DNA of 64,000 bases from Candidatus Hydrogenedentota bacterium (GCA_045863295.1 BTWA01000007.1:136469-200468), one strand, 5' to 3'. Numbered from the stretch's first letter, positions 1 to 10,547 are shown. A program made the numbers and translations. The notes: generated by a model from the sequence alone, not told the origin.

Positions 1-208
1 GGTCGAGGTGAAGGGGCAAGAGACTTTCACGACCCAATGCTATGTGAAAGGGCACCCGTTGAACGAGGGGGATGGCGTATTGCGTGGCTTGCACGAGCAG
101 GCCCAGCGCGATCGCCTCATGGTCGAGTTTGCGGCATTGCCGGAATCACCGGCTGGCGAATTGTCAGCGGTGTTTGACGTTGTTCTCGGGCTTACGCCGG
201 AACATTGA
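1..208 (+). CDS. Intradiol ring-cleavage dioxygenase family protein, C-terminal fragment (truncated by window edge)
   Basis: C-terminal pattern FTTQCYVKGHPLNEGDGVL...FDVVLG resembles protocatechuate 3,4-dioxygenase-like C-termini. Confidence 0.6.
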   Translation, partial: VEVKGQETFTTQCYVKGHPLNEGDGVLRGLHEQAQRDRLMVEFAALPESPAGELSAVFDVVLGLTPEH

Positions 209-283
209 CACGACAAATTACCTGTTCAAAGACAGCCTTTGTGCGGGTGGTGAATCGGGCAATTCACAACAGGAGACGGCCAA

Positions 284-1066
284 ATGGTTACGAAGCGATC
301 TTGGGTACCGTTAAGAGGCGTGCGTTGGGCCTTGATGGGAGCTGCATGTGCGGCGCTTTGCATAGGCGGCATACAGGCTTCGGCGCAGCCGGGCGGCGGC
401 GGCGGGGGAGGCGGCGGACTCGATCCGGCTAAGCGTGAAGCAGCCTGGTTGTTGCAGGCGAAGGGTGTAGCGAAAGAGCTTGCTCTGAGCGACGAGAACA
501 CAGGGAAACTTGCGGACGCATACAAGACCAGCCGGCAAGCGTTGGAAGATGCAGTGCAATCGGGTGACGGCCAGGGCCGCGGCGGCCGCGAGCGCTTTTC
601 CGCGATGCAGGAACTGGCCAAGCAGCACCGGGACAAGTTCAAGACGGACGTGTCGGCGTTTTTGACGGAAGAACAGGCGACCAAGGCGATGGCGACGCTT
701 GGTTCCTTCGATCGCCAGTGGGATCGCATGGTGGACACGCTTTCGGGCCTTGGGTTGGAGCAGGAGAAGTTGGACAAATCGCTGGCACTTGTTTCCGCGT
801 ACGTGGCGGAAGCGAGTGCAGAGCGCGAGAAGGCGATGTCCAGCGGCGATTTCCAATCCTTGCGCACAGTGTTGGGTCCAGTTCGCGAGAAGTTGGACAA
901 GGGCTTGAAAGAATTGCTTTCGGAAGAGCAGTTGATGAAGTGGACTGAAGCGACTGCAATGCGTGGCCGCGGCGGTCCTGGAGGTCCTGGCGGCCCCGGA
1001 GTTCCTGGCGTTCCCGGCGCTCCTGGCGGCGGTGAAGGTGGCGAACGCCGGCGTTCGGAGAACTAG
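284..1066 (+). CDS. Secreted alpha-helical protein with Gly-rich termini (Spy/LTXXQ-like repeats)
   Basis: RBS AGGAGA; signal peptide ending ASA-Q; LTEEQ/LSEEQ repeats; poly-Gly and GGPGG repeats. Confidence 0.65.
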   Translation: MVTKRSWVPLRGVRWALMGAACAALCIGGIQASAQPGGGGGGGGGLDPAKREAAWLLQAKGVAKELALSDENTGKLADAYKTSRQALEDAVQSGDGQGRGGRERFSAMQELAKQHRDKFKTDVSAFLTEEQATKAMATLGSFDRQWDRMVDTLSGLGLEQEKLDKSLALVSAYVAEASAEREKAMSSGDFQSLRTVLGPVREKLDKGLKELLSEEQLMKWTEATAMRGRGGPGGPGGPGVPGVPGAPGGGEGGERRRSEN

Positions 1067-1282
1067 AGCCGGTCTCGATAGTCGAAGCTAATCTCGGATG
1101 GGAGTCCATGACATCATGGGCTCCCAATTTTAGTTTGGTGGCACTTTTCGTCATTGGTGGCGCGGCCGGCGCAAGGTCCGAGGTTTGGACCGGTGAATCC
1201 TCGCACCCAAAAGAATGACTTGCCGTGGACTCAGCCGGTATCATAAATTCGCAGAGGAACTTTGGGGAAAGGATTAGCAGCG

Positions 1283-3622
1283 ATGTCGACCTTAGTCATG
1301 CGAGCCGTATGTGTATTGGCTATTCCACTTATGTCTGTTGGTTTTTCCATGGCAACTGGGGAGACTGTGGAGCAGTCGTCCGTTTTTTGGCGCCCTCAAC
1401 CTGATGCGGTTTATCTTCAGGAGTTTGGGGAGAAGGTTGCGACCGAGTTTCCCGTGAGTGACGTGGTTGCCCTTGACGACACGGTTCTCGCGCTGGCCAA
1501 TGGGAAAGTCCACAGACTCAGCGGTACAACTCTCGTACCCGCCGCGGACGCGCCGGAAGGAGTCACGCGATTGCGGGTTTTGAACGGTGCGATCTGGTCC
1601 GTTGGAAAATCCGGAGTGTATCGGCTTGAAGTTGGAAAGTGGAATCGGATTGCCGAAGGCGAGTACGTGGATGCTTGCCTGCACTTGGGGGCTGTACATG
1701 TGGCCACTCGCGATGAAATCTATCGCATTGACACGGATCAGATAGTCAACATCAAGCCCGAGGGTGGGTATTTGTCCAATGACAGCACGGTGCTTATGGA
1801 GGACTTTACGCAGGTGCTGGCGGATCCGGTCCGGATTGGTCCGATTGAACGTATCATGTCCTATAGCGGCACGCTGTACCTACTGCGGCCGGGTGGTCTG
1901 GCACTGTTGAACATGGGTCAATATGTGGAAGATCCGATTGACTGGGGCACTTTGCCATCGCGTATCACGCGCGATGCGCTGTCGGCCGGCAACCGCCTTT
2001 ATATTACAACGGATCGCGGATTGGGTGTGTTGCGGGGTATGGCGCTAACCGTAGTTACCGGGGAAGAGGGGCTGCCCTATGAGGACACGACATGTTTGGC
2101 CGCGGGTTTTGACGGCGATCTGTGGATAGGCACGACGACCGGGGCCATTCGTCAGACGAGAGAAGGATTTCAGTATTTTGGCGCGCACCATTGGCTTCCC
2201 GGCGACTACGTCAATGCCATAGCCGTGGGTGAGGATGTGGTCTACATTGCGACCAATTCGGGTCTTGGCGTGATTCGTTATGAACCGTACACATTGGCAA
2301 AGAAGGCGGCCTATTACGAGCGAGAGTTGGAGGAGTGGGGGCAAAAGCGGCTTGGATTCGTGCACAAGTTGTTTTGGTCGCGGGATGAGAATACGTGGAT
2401 ACGCGAAGTGAGCGACAACGATGGCGGCCATACCTCTCATTACCTCGCGGCGATGTCGTTCAAGTATGCCGCAACGAATGACAAGCATGCGCGGGAGGAG
2501 GCGGTAAATGCCTTCAAAGCAATGGCTTGGTTGGATTCGATTACTCCGAAGCCGGGATTCATTGCGCGGGCCATATGGGCGGAGAATGTGGATAAAGGCA
2601 AGCGTGCTGAACGGGGTTCAGGCGGTTTGCCCGCTAAGTGGTATCCGTCGGACGATGGCCTCTGGCAGTGGAAGGGCGATACGTCCAGTGACGAGGTGAA
2701 TGGGCATATTTACTCTGTTGCGCTGTTTCACGATCTGGTGGCGGAAGGCGCGGAGAAGGAACGCGCGAAAAAGCACATCGCCAACATAGCCTCGCATATC
2801 ATGGACAACGGCTGGGTGCTGATGGATATGGATGGTAAACCCACGCGTTGGGGGCGGTGGGATCCCGATTATCTGTTGAGACCGTACGGTTACGTATCGA
2901 ACGGCCTGAACGGGATGGAAGCGCAAACGTATATGTGGACAGCCTACGGATTGACGGGCGATTCCAAGTACATGGAGGGATTGGAACAGCTTATCCAGTG
3001 GCGGTATCACACGTTTACTGTCCGGCAGAAGTTGACATTTCCGCCGGATACCGTCGTGCCCTGGGATGATGAGTTGGCGTTTCGTTCCTATCACGCGTTG
3101 TTGACGCACTGCACCGACCCCGGATTGCGTTCGGTGTATCTACGCAGTATCGAGCGGTCATGGGAAGTGATGCGTATGCAGCACATTCCGTATTTCAATT
3201 TCATCTATGGCGCCATGACGGGCAACGATTGCGAAGAAGACCGGGCCGTGCAGTATTTGCGCGAATGGCCGGTGGATTTGGTGGGGCATAGTTACACCAA
3301 CTCACACCGCCACGATCTTGCGCCTGAGCCGGGGTATGTTCCTTATGGTGGGGGCACGCGCGGCATTTCCCCGCGCGAGCAGGAGGCAATGTGGGGCAGC
3401 AAACCGACGATACTTTATGACGGCGGTAGCGGTAGCCGGTCGGTCACGCCGCCAGTGGGCTGGCTTGAGGACTATTGGATGGGCCGTTACTACGGGTTCA
3501 TTGAAGCCCCGGACATCAAGGACAAGAAACTAACGTCGATCGAGGAAAGGCCGTTCAAGCGGCAAGGCGCGGCACCCTACGATGGGCCTGCACGGCCGGA
3601 TGATCAGATCATGGCGTATTGA
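1283..3622 (+). CDS. Secreted hypothetical protein: N-terminal beta-propeller (two-component-regulator-propeller-like) plus C-terminal helical-barrel enzyme-like domain
   Basis: Long ORF; signal peptide; LWIGT/VYIAT..GL blade motifs; C-terminal WQWKGDTSSDE motif. Confidence 0.7.
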   Translation: MSTLVMRAVCVLAIPLMSVGFSMATGETVEQSSVFWRPQPDAVYLQEFGEKVATEFPVSDVVALDDTVLALANGKVHRLSGTTLVPAADAPEGVTRLRVLNGAIWSVGKSGVYRLEVGKWNRIAEGEYVDACLHLGAVHVATRDEIYRIDTDQIVNIKPEGGYLSNDSTVLMEDFTQVLADPVRIGPIERIMSYSGTLYLLRPGGLALLNMGQYVEDPIDWGTLPSRITRDALSAGNRLYITTDRGLGVLRGMALTVVTGEEGLPYEDTTCLAAGFDGDLWIGTTTGAIRQTREGFQYFGAHHWLPGDYVNAIAVGEDVVYIATNSGLGVIRYEPYTLAKKAAYYERELEEWGQKRLGFVHKLFWSRDENTWIREVSDNDGGHTSHYLAAMSFKYAATNDKHAREEAVNAFKAMAWLDSITPKPGFIARAIWAENVDKGKRAERGSGGLPAKWYPSDDGLWQWKGDTSSDEVNGHIYSVALFHDLVAEGAEKERAKKHIANIASHIMDNGWVLMDMDGKPTRWGRWDPDYLLRPYGYVSNGLNGMEAQTYMWTAYGLTGDSKYMEGLEQLIQWRYHTFTVRQKLTFPPDTVVPWDDELAFRSYHALLTHCTDPGLRSVYLRSIERSWEVMRMQHIPYFNFIYGAMTGNDCEEDRAVQYLREWPVDLVGHSYTNSHRHDLAPEPGYVPYGGGTRGISPREQEAMWGSKPTILYDGGSGSRSVTPPVGWLEDYWMGRYYGFIEAPDIKDKKLTSIEERPFKRQGAAPYDGPARPDDQIMAY

Positions 3623-3786
3623 GTGCGGTCGCTGAGTCGACTTTTTTCAAAGTTGTTGCTGTGATCGCCGGTATTGAATGGTTTGCCCTTACAGGGTGCA
3701 CATGAAATACCGACGGCGATGCACGCTGGGAAGCGCATTGTAAGTTTCTTTACCACGCCCACCGTTCGCGTGGTGAAAGACGACTG

Positions 3787-5097
3787 TTAGCTTTCGTCCG
3801 CGCCTCGAATGGGCTCGGTTTTGAGTTGGAGGTATTGCTTGGTGGATTCGGGGGAGGATTGTTTCCATTCCCACTTGCCGGGTTCGAAGAGAAGAGTCAA
3901 GTTTTCGATATCACTTTCGATTACACCCATGAGACCGTTTTGATTGAGCGGGTCCAGACTGTAGTTCTTTTCCGACAAGTGATAGTCGGGCACATTACAC
4001 GTGACGGAGTATTCTTCGCGGGGCAGATTCTTGATCGTGAAATTGCCTTGTGGGTCTACCTCGGCCATGGCCCAGTCCCACGCCCGTTCACGGGAGAACA
4101 TCACTTTCGTACCTTCCGGTACTTGTGCGCCGTCGGATAGGACAATTCTGCCGGTAACCGTGTGGCCACGCTGGGTTTCCAAGACACCGACATCGAGGAT
4201 GTCGTTTTCTTTGTCTATTCTAAGTATCTTTTCCCTAACGACTCCATCTTCAATGGGTGTGCTCAATTGGCTGTATACGGTGTATTCGAATTGCGATGGG
4301 ACGTTTGCAAAGACAAACGTTCCATCGCTTCCTGTTGCCACTTCCATCTCGCCGAGAAACGTATCGGAGGCGTGACTGGTTTGTGTGATGCCCATGGATA
4401 CGCCGGCGACGGGTTTTCCGTTATTCAACACTTTGCCGGTGACTGTCGAGCCGAATTGCAGTGACAGGTCATGCGTTTTATCACCGGCCGCCAGTTCGGG
4501 GAAGTTCTTTTTTGCCAGTCCGGTTGCTTCCACGCTTACGCTCAATTTTACGCCGGGCTTCTCCGATGTAATCATGAAGACGCCTTCGGCATTGGTTGCT
4601 GCAAGCGCGTCGATTCCATCGAGGCCACCGAATCGGGTGGAGTTTTCGAAGTGGATGGCAAAAGGCTCGATCACCGCGCCTGCGACGGGCTTGCCCTGGG
4701 GATTCAATACGCGGCCACGCAACACATGGCCGGTCTTGAGACGTTCCGGGTCACGTGCCACCAGTTTTGCGAGCACGGGTCCCAATTCAGGGTCCGTGTT
4801 CTCGATAAACTGTGGAGTGTAGTTTTCTTCCACGATGAGTAACTTGAACAACAGTGATGGATCGACATCGGGCAGGGTAAAAGTGCCATCGGCCTTGGTG
4901 GTATCACGTTTGGCACAGTCGAGGTAGCAGGAAGGGCAGAGTACGCCTTGGCCCACGCGGGGTTTGGCTGTATACACTTTGACCATCGCACCCTGCACGG
5001 GTATTTCGTCTTCGTTGTAAATCGTGCCGGTGATATCGAGTGCGAATGCGTGTGCAGAGAGGGTTATGGCCGAAAAGACGGAAATGCAGCGGGTCAT
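3787..5097 (-). CDS. Secreted carboxypeptidase-regulatory-like (repeated beta-sandwich) domain protein
   Basis: Signal peptide; repeated ITG.V....G.PV.GA motifs and T..DG.F motifs; CPSCYLDC motif. Confidence 0.75.
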   Translation of the reverse strand: MTRCISVFSAITLSAHAFALDITGTIYNEDEIPVQGAMVKVYTAKPRVGQGVLCPSCYLDCAKRDTTKADGTFTLPDVDPSLLFKLLIVEENYTPQFIENTDPELGPVLAKLVARDPERLKTGHVLRGRVLNPQGKPVAGAVIEPFAIHFENSTRFGGLDGIDALAATNAEGVFMITSEKPGVKLSVSVEATGLAKKNFPELAAGDKTHDLSLQFGSTVTGKVLNNGKPVAGVSMGITQTSHASDTFLGEMEVATGSDGTFVFANVPSQFEYTVYSQLSTPIEDGVVREKILRIDKENDILDVGVLETQRGHTVTGRIVLSDGAQVPEGTKVMFSRERAWDWAMAEVDPQGNFTIKNLPREEYSVTCNVPDYHLSEKNYSLDPLNQNGLMGVIESDIENLTLLFEPGKWEWKQSSPESTKQYLQLKTEPIRGADES

Positions 5098-5201
5098 TCC
5101 GGTATCTCCCTGACATACGGTGTCTGTGTTTGCCTAATAGGATTATATGCCAACTGGGGCAATTTGGAAAGCTGCTTGTTAGCCGGTCAGGGACAATCCC
5201 G

Positions 5202-6524
5202 TTAGTCCGTGTTCTCGGTCACTTCGAGGGTGGGTTGGGATGAGATCAGCAGTTTATCGATTCGTTGCCCGTCCATGTCCATTACTTCGAAGCGCCATCC
5301 TGCACATTCAAACGATTCTCCGGCACTGGGGATTTTGTTGAACTGGGTCAAGGCGAAACCGGCCACCGTTTCAAACGTGTGGCTTTCTTCGTCCGGTAAT
5401 TCATCGATACTCAGTATGCGCTTGAGTTTGTCAATGGGCGTGCTGCCGTCAATCAGCCACGAGCCGTCCGGGCGCAAGACAGGTTCCATGCCTTCTTCTT
5501 CCGGGCGGGTCGTGATGCCCAGTACCGCTTCCATCAGGTCGTCCAGGGTAACCGTGCCTTCGATGCCTCCGAACTCATCCACAATAATGGCCATGTTCTG
5601 GCGGTTATCGCGGAGTTTTTGGAGTACTTCGAGCCCAGTGGACGTGTAGGGGACATAGTACGGTTGGCGCAGGAGAGGCCGTATGTCGAATGGGCCTGGA
5701 TTATGAGCGGGCAGCAGGAGGTCGTGTACACGCAGCATCCCCACAATTTTGTCGATGGAGCCATCGGCAACCGGCATTTCGATTTCTCCGAGGGCACTGA
5801 CACGCACCAGAATGTCGTCGAGCGGATCGGCCACGTCGATCCACTCCGTGTCGGTGCGTGGCGTCATGACGGCTGTGACCCTGCGGTCATCCAGTCGCAG
5901 TACGCTTTCGACCATTTCATGTTCCAGGGCCTCGATGACTCCTGTGCGCGCTCCCTGGTTGATGAGAAACCGGATTTCTTCCTCCGTAACCGTATGTTCC
6001 CGGGTACTGGGTACGCGCATAATCCATAGGACGAACGCGCTTGAACCGCTTATAAAGGCGACGATTGGTCTTGTGGCTGTAGACAGCCAACGGAGTGGGC
6101 GCGCTACCGCGCAGGCGATTCCTTCCGGGTTTTGCAGGGCAAGTTGCTTGGGCACGAGTTCGCCGATAATGAGGCTTAGATACGTAATGGCCGCGACCAC
6201 AATTGCCAGCGCGAGATTTTCGGCATGGTGCGCGAGGGGAGGCACATTGTCAATCCATGCAGCCAAATGCTCCGACAGGGTGGCGCCGCCGAACGCGCCC
6301 GCGATCACTCCAATGAGCGTGATGCCGATTTGTATTGCGGCCAGGAAATCCCCGGGTTTTTCCATCATATCCAAGACTGTCGCGGCACCCCGGTCGCCAT
6401 TGGCAGCCCGGTGTTCCAAGCGCGCACGTTTTGAGGAGACAATCGCCAATTCGGACATGGCAAATAGGCCATTGCAGGAAACAAGTGCAAGAATGATGGC
6501 GAACTCGACGAGTTCAACGGTCAC
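5202..6524 (-). CDS. Hemolysin/CNNM-CBS-CorC family transporter-associated protein
   Basis: NGLFAMSELAIVSS, IQIGIT, GELVPK, MTPR, VDEFGG and CorC_HlyC C-terminal motifs. Confidence 0.92.
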   Translation of the reverse strand: MTVELVEFAIILALVSCNGLFAMSELAIVSSKRARLEHRAANGDRGAATVLDMMEKPGDFLAAIQIGITLIGVIAGAFGGATLSEHLAAWIDNVPPLAHHAENLALAIVVAAITYLSLIIGELVPKQLALQNPEGIACAVARPLRWLSTATRPIVAFISGSSAFVLWIMRVPSTREHTVTEEEIRFLINQGARTGVIEALEHEMVESVLRLDDRRVTAVMTPRTDTEWIDVADPLDDILVRVSALGEIEMPVADGSIDKIVGMLRVHDLLLPAHNPGPFDIRPLLRQPYYVPYTSTGLEVLQKLRDNRQNMAIIVDEFGGIEGTVTLDDLMEAVLGITTRPEEEGMEPVLRPDGSWLIDGSTPIDKLKRILSIDELPDEESHTFETVAGFALTQFNKIPSAGESFECAGWRFEVMDMDGQRIDKLLISSQPTLEVTENTD

Positions 6525-6685
6525 GAAACTACTCCTTGCGTCGTGGGACGGTACGCACGTTCTGGCAACGGTATTCTATACGATGGCATTGAAGGATGCC
6601 CCTCAGATCGACAACATCCTCGCACGCGACTTTGGCCACGGGCGAGGATGCCGGTAGATTGCAGTTAAATTGGACGCGACTCCGT

Positions 6686-7699
6686 TTACTTCTCAATCGG
6701 TGTCAGCACAATGTTCCGGTACTTGACCCCGGTATGATCGCCTTGCAGGTAGATGGGCCCTGGCTTGAATTCCTCGGCCCAAAGGGCGCCACCGGTGCAG
6801 CCTTCCAAGGGGGCGTTGTCGATGATTGTCTTTCCATTCAGCACGACGGTGATGTGCCGGTCGCACAATGTAATGTCAAAGGTCTGCCACTCGCCGGCCG
6901 GTTTTTCCACGGCTTCAATCGGCGCAATGCGGCTGTAAATGCCGCCCATGTGGTGCGGGTCAAGTTCCATGCCGAAACTGTCCATTACCTGTACTTCGTA
7001 GATGCCGCGCAGGTAGATGCCGCTGTTGCCTTTTGGTTCGACCATCACGTCACATTTGAAATTGAAATCTTCGAATTCCGCGACGGTGCGCAAATTGCCG
7101 TAGGAGATGTGGGGCTTGCCTTCGGTTTGCACTGGGTTGTTAACCAGCAGGCCGTCGACGACACTCCAGCCGTTTGTTTGGTGTTCATTGGTCAATGTCC
7201 AACCGGTCAAGTCCTTGCCGTTGAAAAGATCGATGGGCTTGTCGAATTTGACTTTCGACAGGTCAGGCGGGGCGGGCAAATCGGCGATGCGTTTGCCTGT
7301 GAACGAGTGTTTTTCGATACCGGTACCGTCACGGAACGGCTTTATCAGTTCCAGATTCAGCTCGTCGCCATTGACCTTGGCTCGAATCGTGTCCGTAAAA
7401 CGTTGCGTACGAACGACCTGCCCTTTTTGGTCCTTACGTTCGACGTCGGATATACGGGTCACGACAAGGGTATCGCCGTCCATGTACACACTTTCGCAGG
7501 GCACGACGCTACCGCCACCCCAGAGGATGTGCGCGTCCAGGAACCCGGCATCTGCTTTAGCAATGCCAAGCCAGCCAGCTCCGCCCCCTGGGATTGTGAG
7601 CGCCCAACGGCCCATGTAGGGGTCAATGGGAGCCGCGCTGCCGAATGTGCTGGCGAGTACTGCAACCAGGCCTAAGAGCGGAATGCGGCGTGAATACAT
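6686..7699 (-). CDS. DUF1080 (3-keto-disaccharide hydrolase-like) secreted protein
   Basis: LFNGKDLTGW, GNSGIYLRG.YEVQV, GPIYLQGDH..V.YRNI motifs; RBS AGGAGA before ATG at 7699. Confidence 0.9.
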   Translation of the reverse strand: MYSRRIPLLGLVAVLASTFGSAAPIDPYMGRWALTIPGGGAGWLGIAKADAGFLDAHILWGGGSVVPCESVYMDGDTLVVTRISDVERKDQKGQVVRTQRFTDTIRAKVNGDELNLELIKPFRDGTGIEKHSFTGKRIADLPAPPDLSKVKFDKPIDLFNGKDLTGWTLTNEHQTNGWSVVDGLLVNNPVQTEGKPHISYGNLRTVAEFEDFNFKCDVMVEPKGNSGIYLRGIYEVQVMDSFGMELDPHHMGGIYSRIAPIEAVEKPAGEWQTFDITLCDRHITVVLNGKTIIDNAPLEGCTGGALWAEEFKPGPIYLQGDHTGVKYRNIVLTPIEK

Positions 7700-7880
7700 G
7701 GAAGTGTCTCCTAAAAGAATGAATACGCGTACTGGGCCACAGTATGAATAGCAGATGCGGGACAGGTCAAGGTTTGCGCCGGTGCGAAGTTCCGACGATT
7801 CCCAACGGGGGACTGGCGCAGGTCCGGTATTCAAATGGTAGTATGGACTCATCGGTCAAAACCTGCAGGAGCTGAAAACC

Positions 7881-8690
7881 ATGAAATGCATGCGTTCTGT
7901 ATCTACCTTTGTATTTTTTGTTGCGTTGGTCACCTTTTTTGGAACGGGGCCTGCCATGGCGGGGGCGCCGTCGGCCGAGACTGCGAAGCAATCGCTTGAG
8001 GCCTCCACCCGGCATGGGGAGTATCTGCAACTCGACCTTCCCGGCAGCGAGACCAAACTTCGCACATGGATCAGCTTTCCGGAGCGGCCCGACAAAGCGC
8101 CGGTCATTATTGTGATTCACGAGATATTTGGATTGAGCGAGTGGATTACGTCGGTAGCCGACGCGTTTGCCGCGGAAGGGTTCATTGCGCTGGCGCCGGA
8201 CCTCATTTCGGGCATGGAAGGGGCGGAAGAGAATCCCCGCGAGACCATTGGCAAACTGAGCGAAGAGGAGGCCGTTAAGCGGCTGAACGTTGTGGCGGAC
8301 TACGCGCTGGCGCTACCGGCCGCGAGCGGCAAACTGGGCGTCGTGGGGTATTGTTGGGGCGGGAAGACCAGCTTCATGTACGCTGGCGTGCAGTCCCGGC
8401 TGAGTGCCGCAGTGGTGTACTACGGCACATCGCCCGAGGCGGGGAAATACGAAACGATTACGTGTCCGGTGTTGGGGCTGTACGGGGAGGACGACGCGCG
8501 GGTGAATGCAACAATTCCCACGGCCCAGGAAGAGATGAAGAAATTGAACAAGACCTACGAAGTTGAGATCTATGAGGGCGCGGGTCATGGATTTCTACGC
8601 CAACAGGATGCCAAAGAGGGCGCGAATAAGGCGGCGGCCGAGAAGGCTTGGACTCGGACCGTGGAGTTTTTCAAGAAATATACGGAGTGA
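7881..8690 (+). CDS. Dienelactone hydrolase family protein (secreted)
   Basis: VIHEIFGL, GYCWGG nucleophile motif, YEGAGHGF. Confidence 0.92.
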   Translation: MKCMRSVSTFVFFVALVTFFGTGPAMAGAPSAETAKQSLEASTRHGEYLQLDLPGSETKLRTWISFPERPDKAPVIIVIHEIFGLSEWITSVADAFAAEGFIALAPDLISGMEGAEENPRETIGKLSEEEAVKRLNVVADYALALPAASGKLGVVGYCWGGKTSFMYAGVQSRLSAAVVYYGTSPEAGKYETITCPVLGLYGEDDARVNATIPTAQEEMKKLNKTYEVEIYEGAGHGFLRQQDAKEGANKAAAEKAWTRTVEFFKKYTE

Positions 8691-8773
8691 GGGCGGTTCG
8701 GAGTCGAATCCATGGTGTACAATTGAACCCACGGAGGACGGATAACCAAAGTCCATTTTAAGTGAGGTAAACC

Positions 8774-9016
8774 ATGACACTCGAAACCATTCGCGACGCG
8801 TTGGGTTGGTGCATTGTTTTCGACGTGATCTTCCTGTTCGTATGGGGCTGTGCATTCGCTTTCATGCACGACTGGATGTATCGGATGCATGTGAAGTGGT
8901 TCAAGATGTCCGTCGAGACCTTTGATGCCATTCACTATGCAGGCATGGCCCTGTTCAAGATGGGCATGATACTGACCGCGCTTGTGCCTTATCTGGCATT
9001 GCGGATCGTGGGCTGA
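8774..9016 (+). CDS. Small two-TM membrane protein (DUF6868-like)
   Basis: RBS GAGG; HDWMYRMH.KWF...E.FDAIHY.GMA.FK...VPYLAL pattern. Confidence 0.7.
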   Translation: MTLETIRDALGWCIVFDVIFLFVWGCAFAFMHDWMYRMHVKWFKMSVETFDAIHYAGMALFKMGMILTALVPYLALRIVG

Positions 9017-9223
9017 CGCACGTGGGCGAGGCGAGTGGGCGGGGGCGCGCATCATTTTATTTGTTTTGGTCTTTCTTGCATACGCTCTCGGTGTGCGGAT
9101 GGGCAGAATTACAAGGGTGAGGTATAAGAGCACACGCTTGAAGAATGCTAGATGAGTGATCCGTAATCGAGTACCGGAGCGAGTCGCCCGGTTGGAAGAA
9201 CAGTGCGATGCCAGGAGGTGTGG

Positions 9224-9961
9224 ATGACCGAAGCATTGATGCCGATAGAACTGACCGATCGTGAAGTGGAATTCTACCGGACCGAGGGCTATTTGGTTAT
9301 ACCAGACCTGCTGCAACTCGGGGCGGCGGATCATCTGCGTGATGAGGTTCTTGGGATACTTGAAGTGATTGGCCTTGGTAAGACCAAACTTCGTCAGACC
9401 AAGCAGTACCTTGCGGGCGGGTATATCGATGGGCTGGTCAATAGTCCTGTGCTGCTGTCGCTGGCATCCCGGCTCATGGAGGGGCCGAGCACGCTGCATT
9501 CGCCTTTTACGGCGGTGAAAAGTCCGGGCGGGACTGAGTTTCATTTTCATCAGGACAATCAGTACACGCGATTCGACGGTCCGGGGATCAACTTCTGGTT
9601 CGCGCTTGAAGACATGTCGCCGGAGAATGGGTGTCTGCTGATAGCGCCGCGGACGCATTTGAATGGAACCATTACCGGCGTCGAAAGTCCGGACAAGGAC
9701 GGCCATCGCACGGTGGAAAACGAGCCGGCGTACTTCTTTCCGTTACGCATGCGCGCTGGCGATTGCGTGGCGTTCAGCCGGTTGACCGTGCATGGTTCGG
9801 GGTACAATGCCAGCGGCCGGCCGCGCGTGGCCTATGGCATACAGTTTTTCCGCGACGATGTTAAGGCGTTGCATTCGGATGGTGAATGGCGATTGCTGAA
9901 GGAGTTTCCGAAAATCGATCCGGGTCCGGTGGAGAAGATTGAAGCGGACAACAAGGTGTAA
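9224..9961 (+). CDS. Phytanoyl-CoA dioxygenase (PhyH) family Fe(II)/2OG dioxygenase
   Basis: RBS AGGAGG; HQD motif, W.AL.D...ENGCL, distal HGS..N. Confidence 0.88.
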   Translation: MTEALMPIELTDREVEFYRTEGYLVIPDLLQLGAADHLRDEVLGILEVIGLGKTKLRQTKQYLAGGYIDGLVNSPVLLSLASRLMEGPSTLHSPFTAVKSPGGTEFHFHQDNQYTRFDGPGINFWFALEDMSPENGCLLIAPRTHLNGTITGVESPDKDGHRTVENEPAYFFPLRMRAGDCVAFSRLTVHGSGYNASGRPRVAYGIQFFRDDVKALHSDGEWRLLKEFPKIDPGPVEKIEADNKV

Positions 9962-9964
9962 GAA

Positions 9965-10012
9965 ATTGGGACCTAAGGGACCTTTGAGTCCTTAGGGACC
10001 TTAGGGCCCAAT
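9965..10012. repeat. Intergenic inverted repeat built from GGGACCTAAGG/CCTTAGGG units
   Basis: ATTGGGACCTAAGG (9965-9978) matches the reverse complement of CCTTAGGGCCCAAT (9999-10012) at 13/14, with further unit copies inside. Confidence 0.6.
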
Positions 10013-10070
10013 GCACCATTTGTCCTTGGCGTGAACAGTTCTATGCTGTGCGCAATTGGAGGCTGCCATT

Positions 10071-10547
10071 ATGCCCGCATTTCAGTTCACGGTGAATGGC
10101 GAATCGAGATCAGTCGATACCGATCCCGATCGGTCGCTGCTTGAAGTGCTGCGCGAGGACTTGGGCCTGACGGGCGCCAAGTATGGCTGTGGCGAAGGCA
10201 GTTGCCGGGCGTGCACGGTGCTGGTGGATGGTCGGCCTTTGGCGTCCTGTCAGGTCCCCGTGGCCAAAGCCGAAGGGAAGTCCATCACGACTATTGAGGG
10301 TCTCGCGGACGGCGACTTGTTACATCCCATCCAGCAGGCATTTGTCGACGAACATGCCATGCAATGCGGTTATTGTGTGCCGGGCATGATTCTAACGGCG
10401 GAGGCACTGTTGCGCACGAATCCGGAGCCTTCCCGCGATCAAATTGTTGAATTCATGAACGGAAATCTCTGCCGCTGTTGTAACTACATAAACCTTGTGC
10501 AGGCGGTGGAGCGCGCGGCGCAAACAATGAAGGCGGCGGTGTCATGA
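10071..10547 (+). CDS. (2Fe-2S)-binding small subunit of a xanthine-dehydrogenase-family molybdoenzyme (IorA/CoxS-like)
   Basis: GCGEGSCRAC, QCGYC and NLCRC iron-sulfur motifs. Confidence 0.93.
   Translation: MPAFQFTVNGESRSVDTDPDRSLLEVLREDLGLTGAKYGCGEGSCRACTVLVDGRPLASCQVPVAKAEGKSITTIEGLADGDLLHPIQQAFVDEHAMQCGYCVPGMILTAEALLRTNPEPSRDQIVEFMNGNLCRCCNYINLVQAVERAAQTMKAAVS

Noticed and set aside
960..1050. 9-nt-period GC-rich repeats
   Set aside because: They are explained by the encoded GGPGG/GVPG low-complexity tail, not a DNA repeat array.
5749..7675. Long opposite-strand ORFs (e.g. 5749-6657, 6596-7675; likewise 13741-14793, 32178-33092, 40790-42025)
   Set aside because: They are shadow frames of well-supported genes in GC-rich DNA, with no recognisable motifs.
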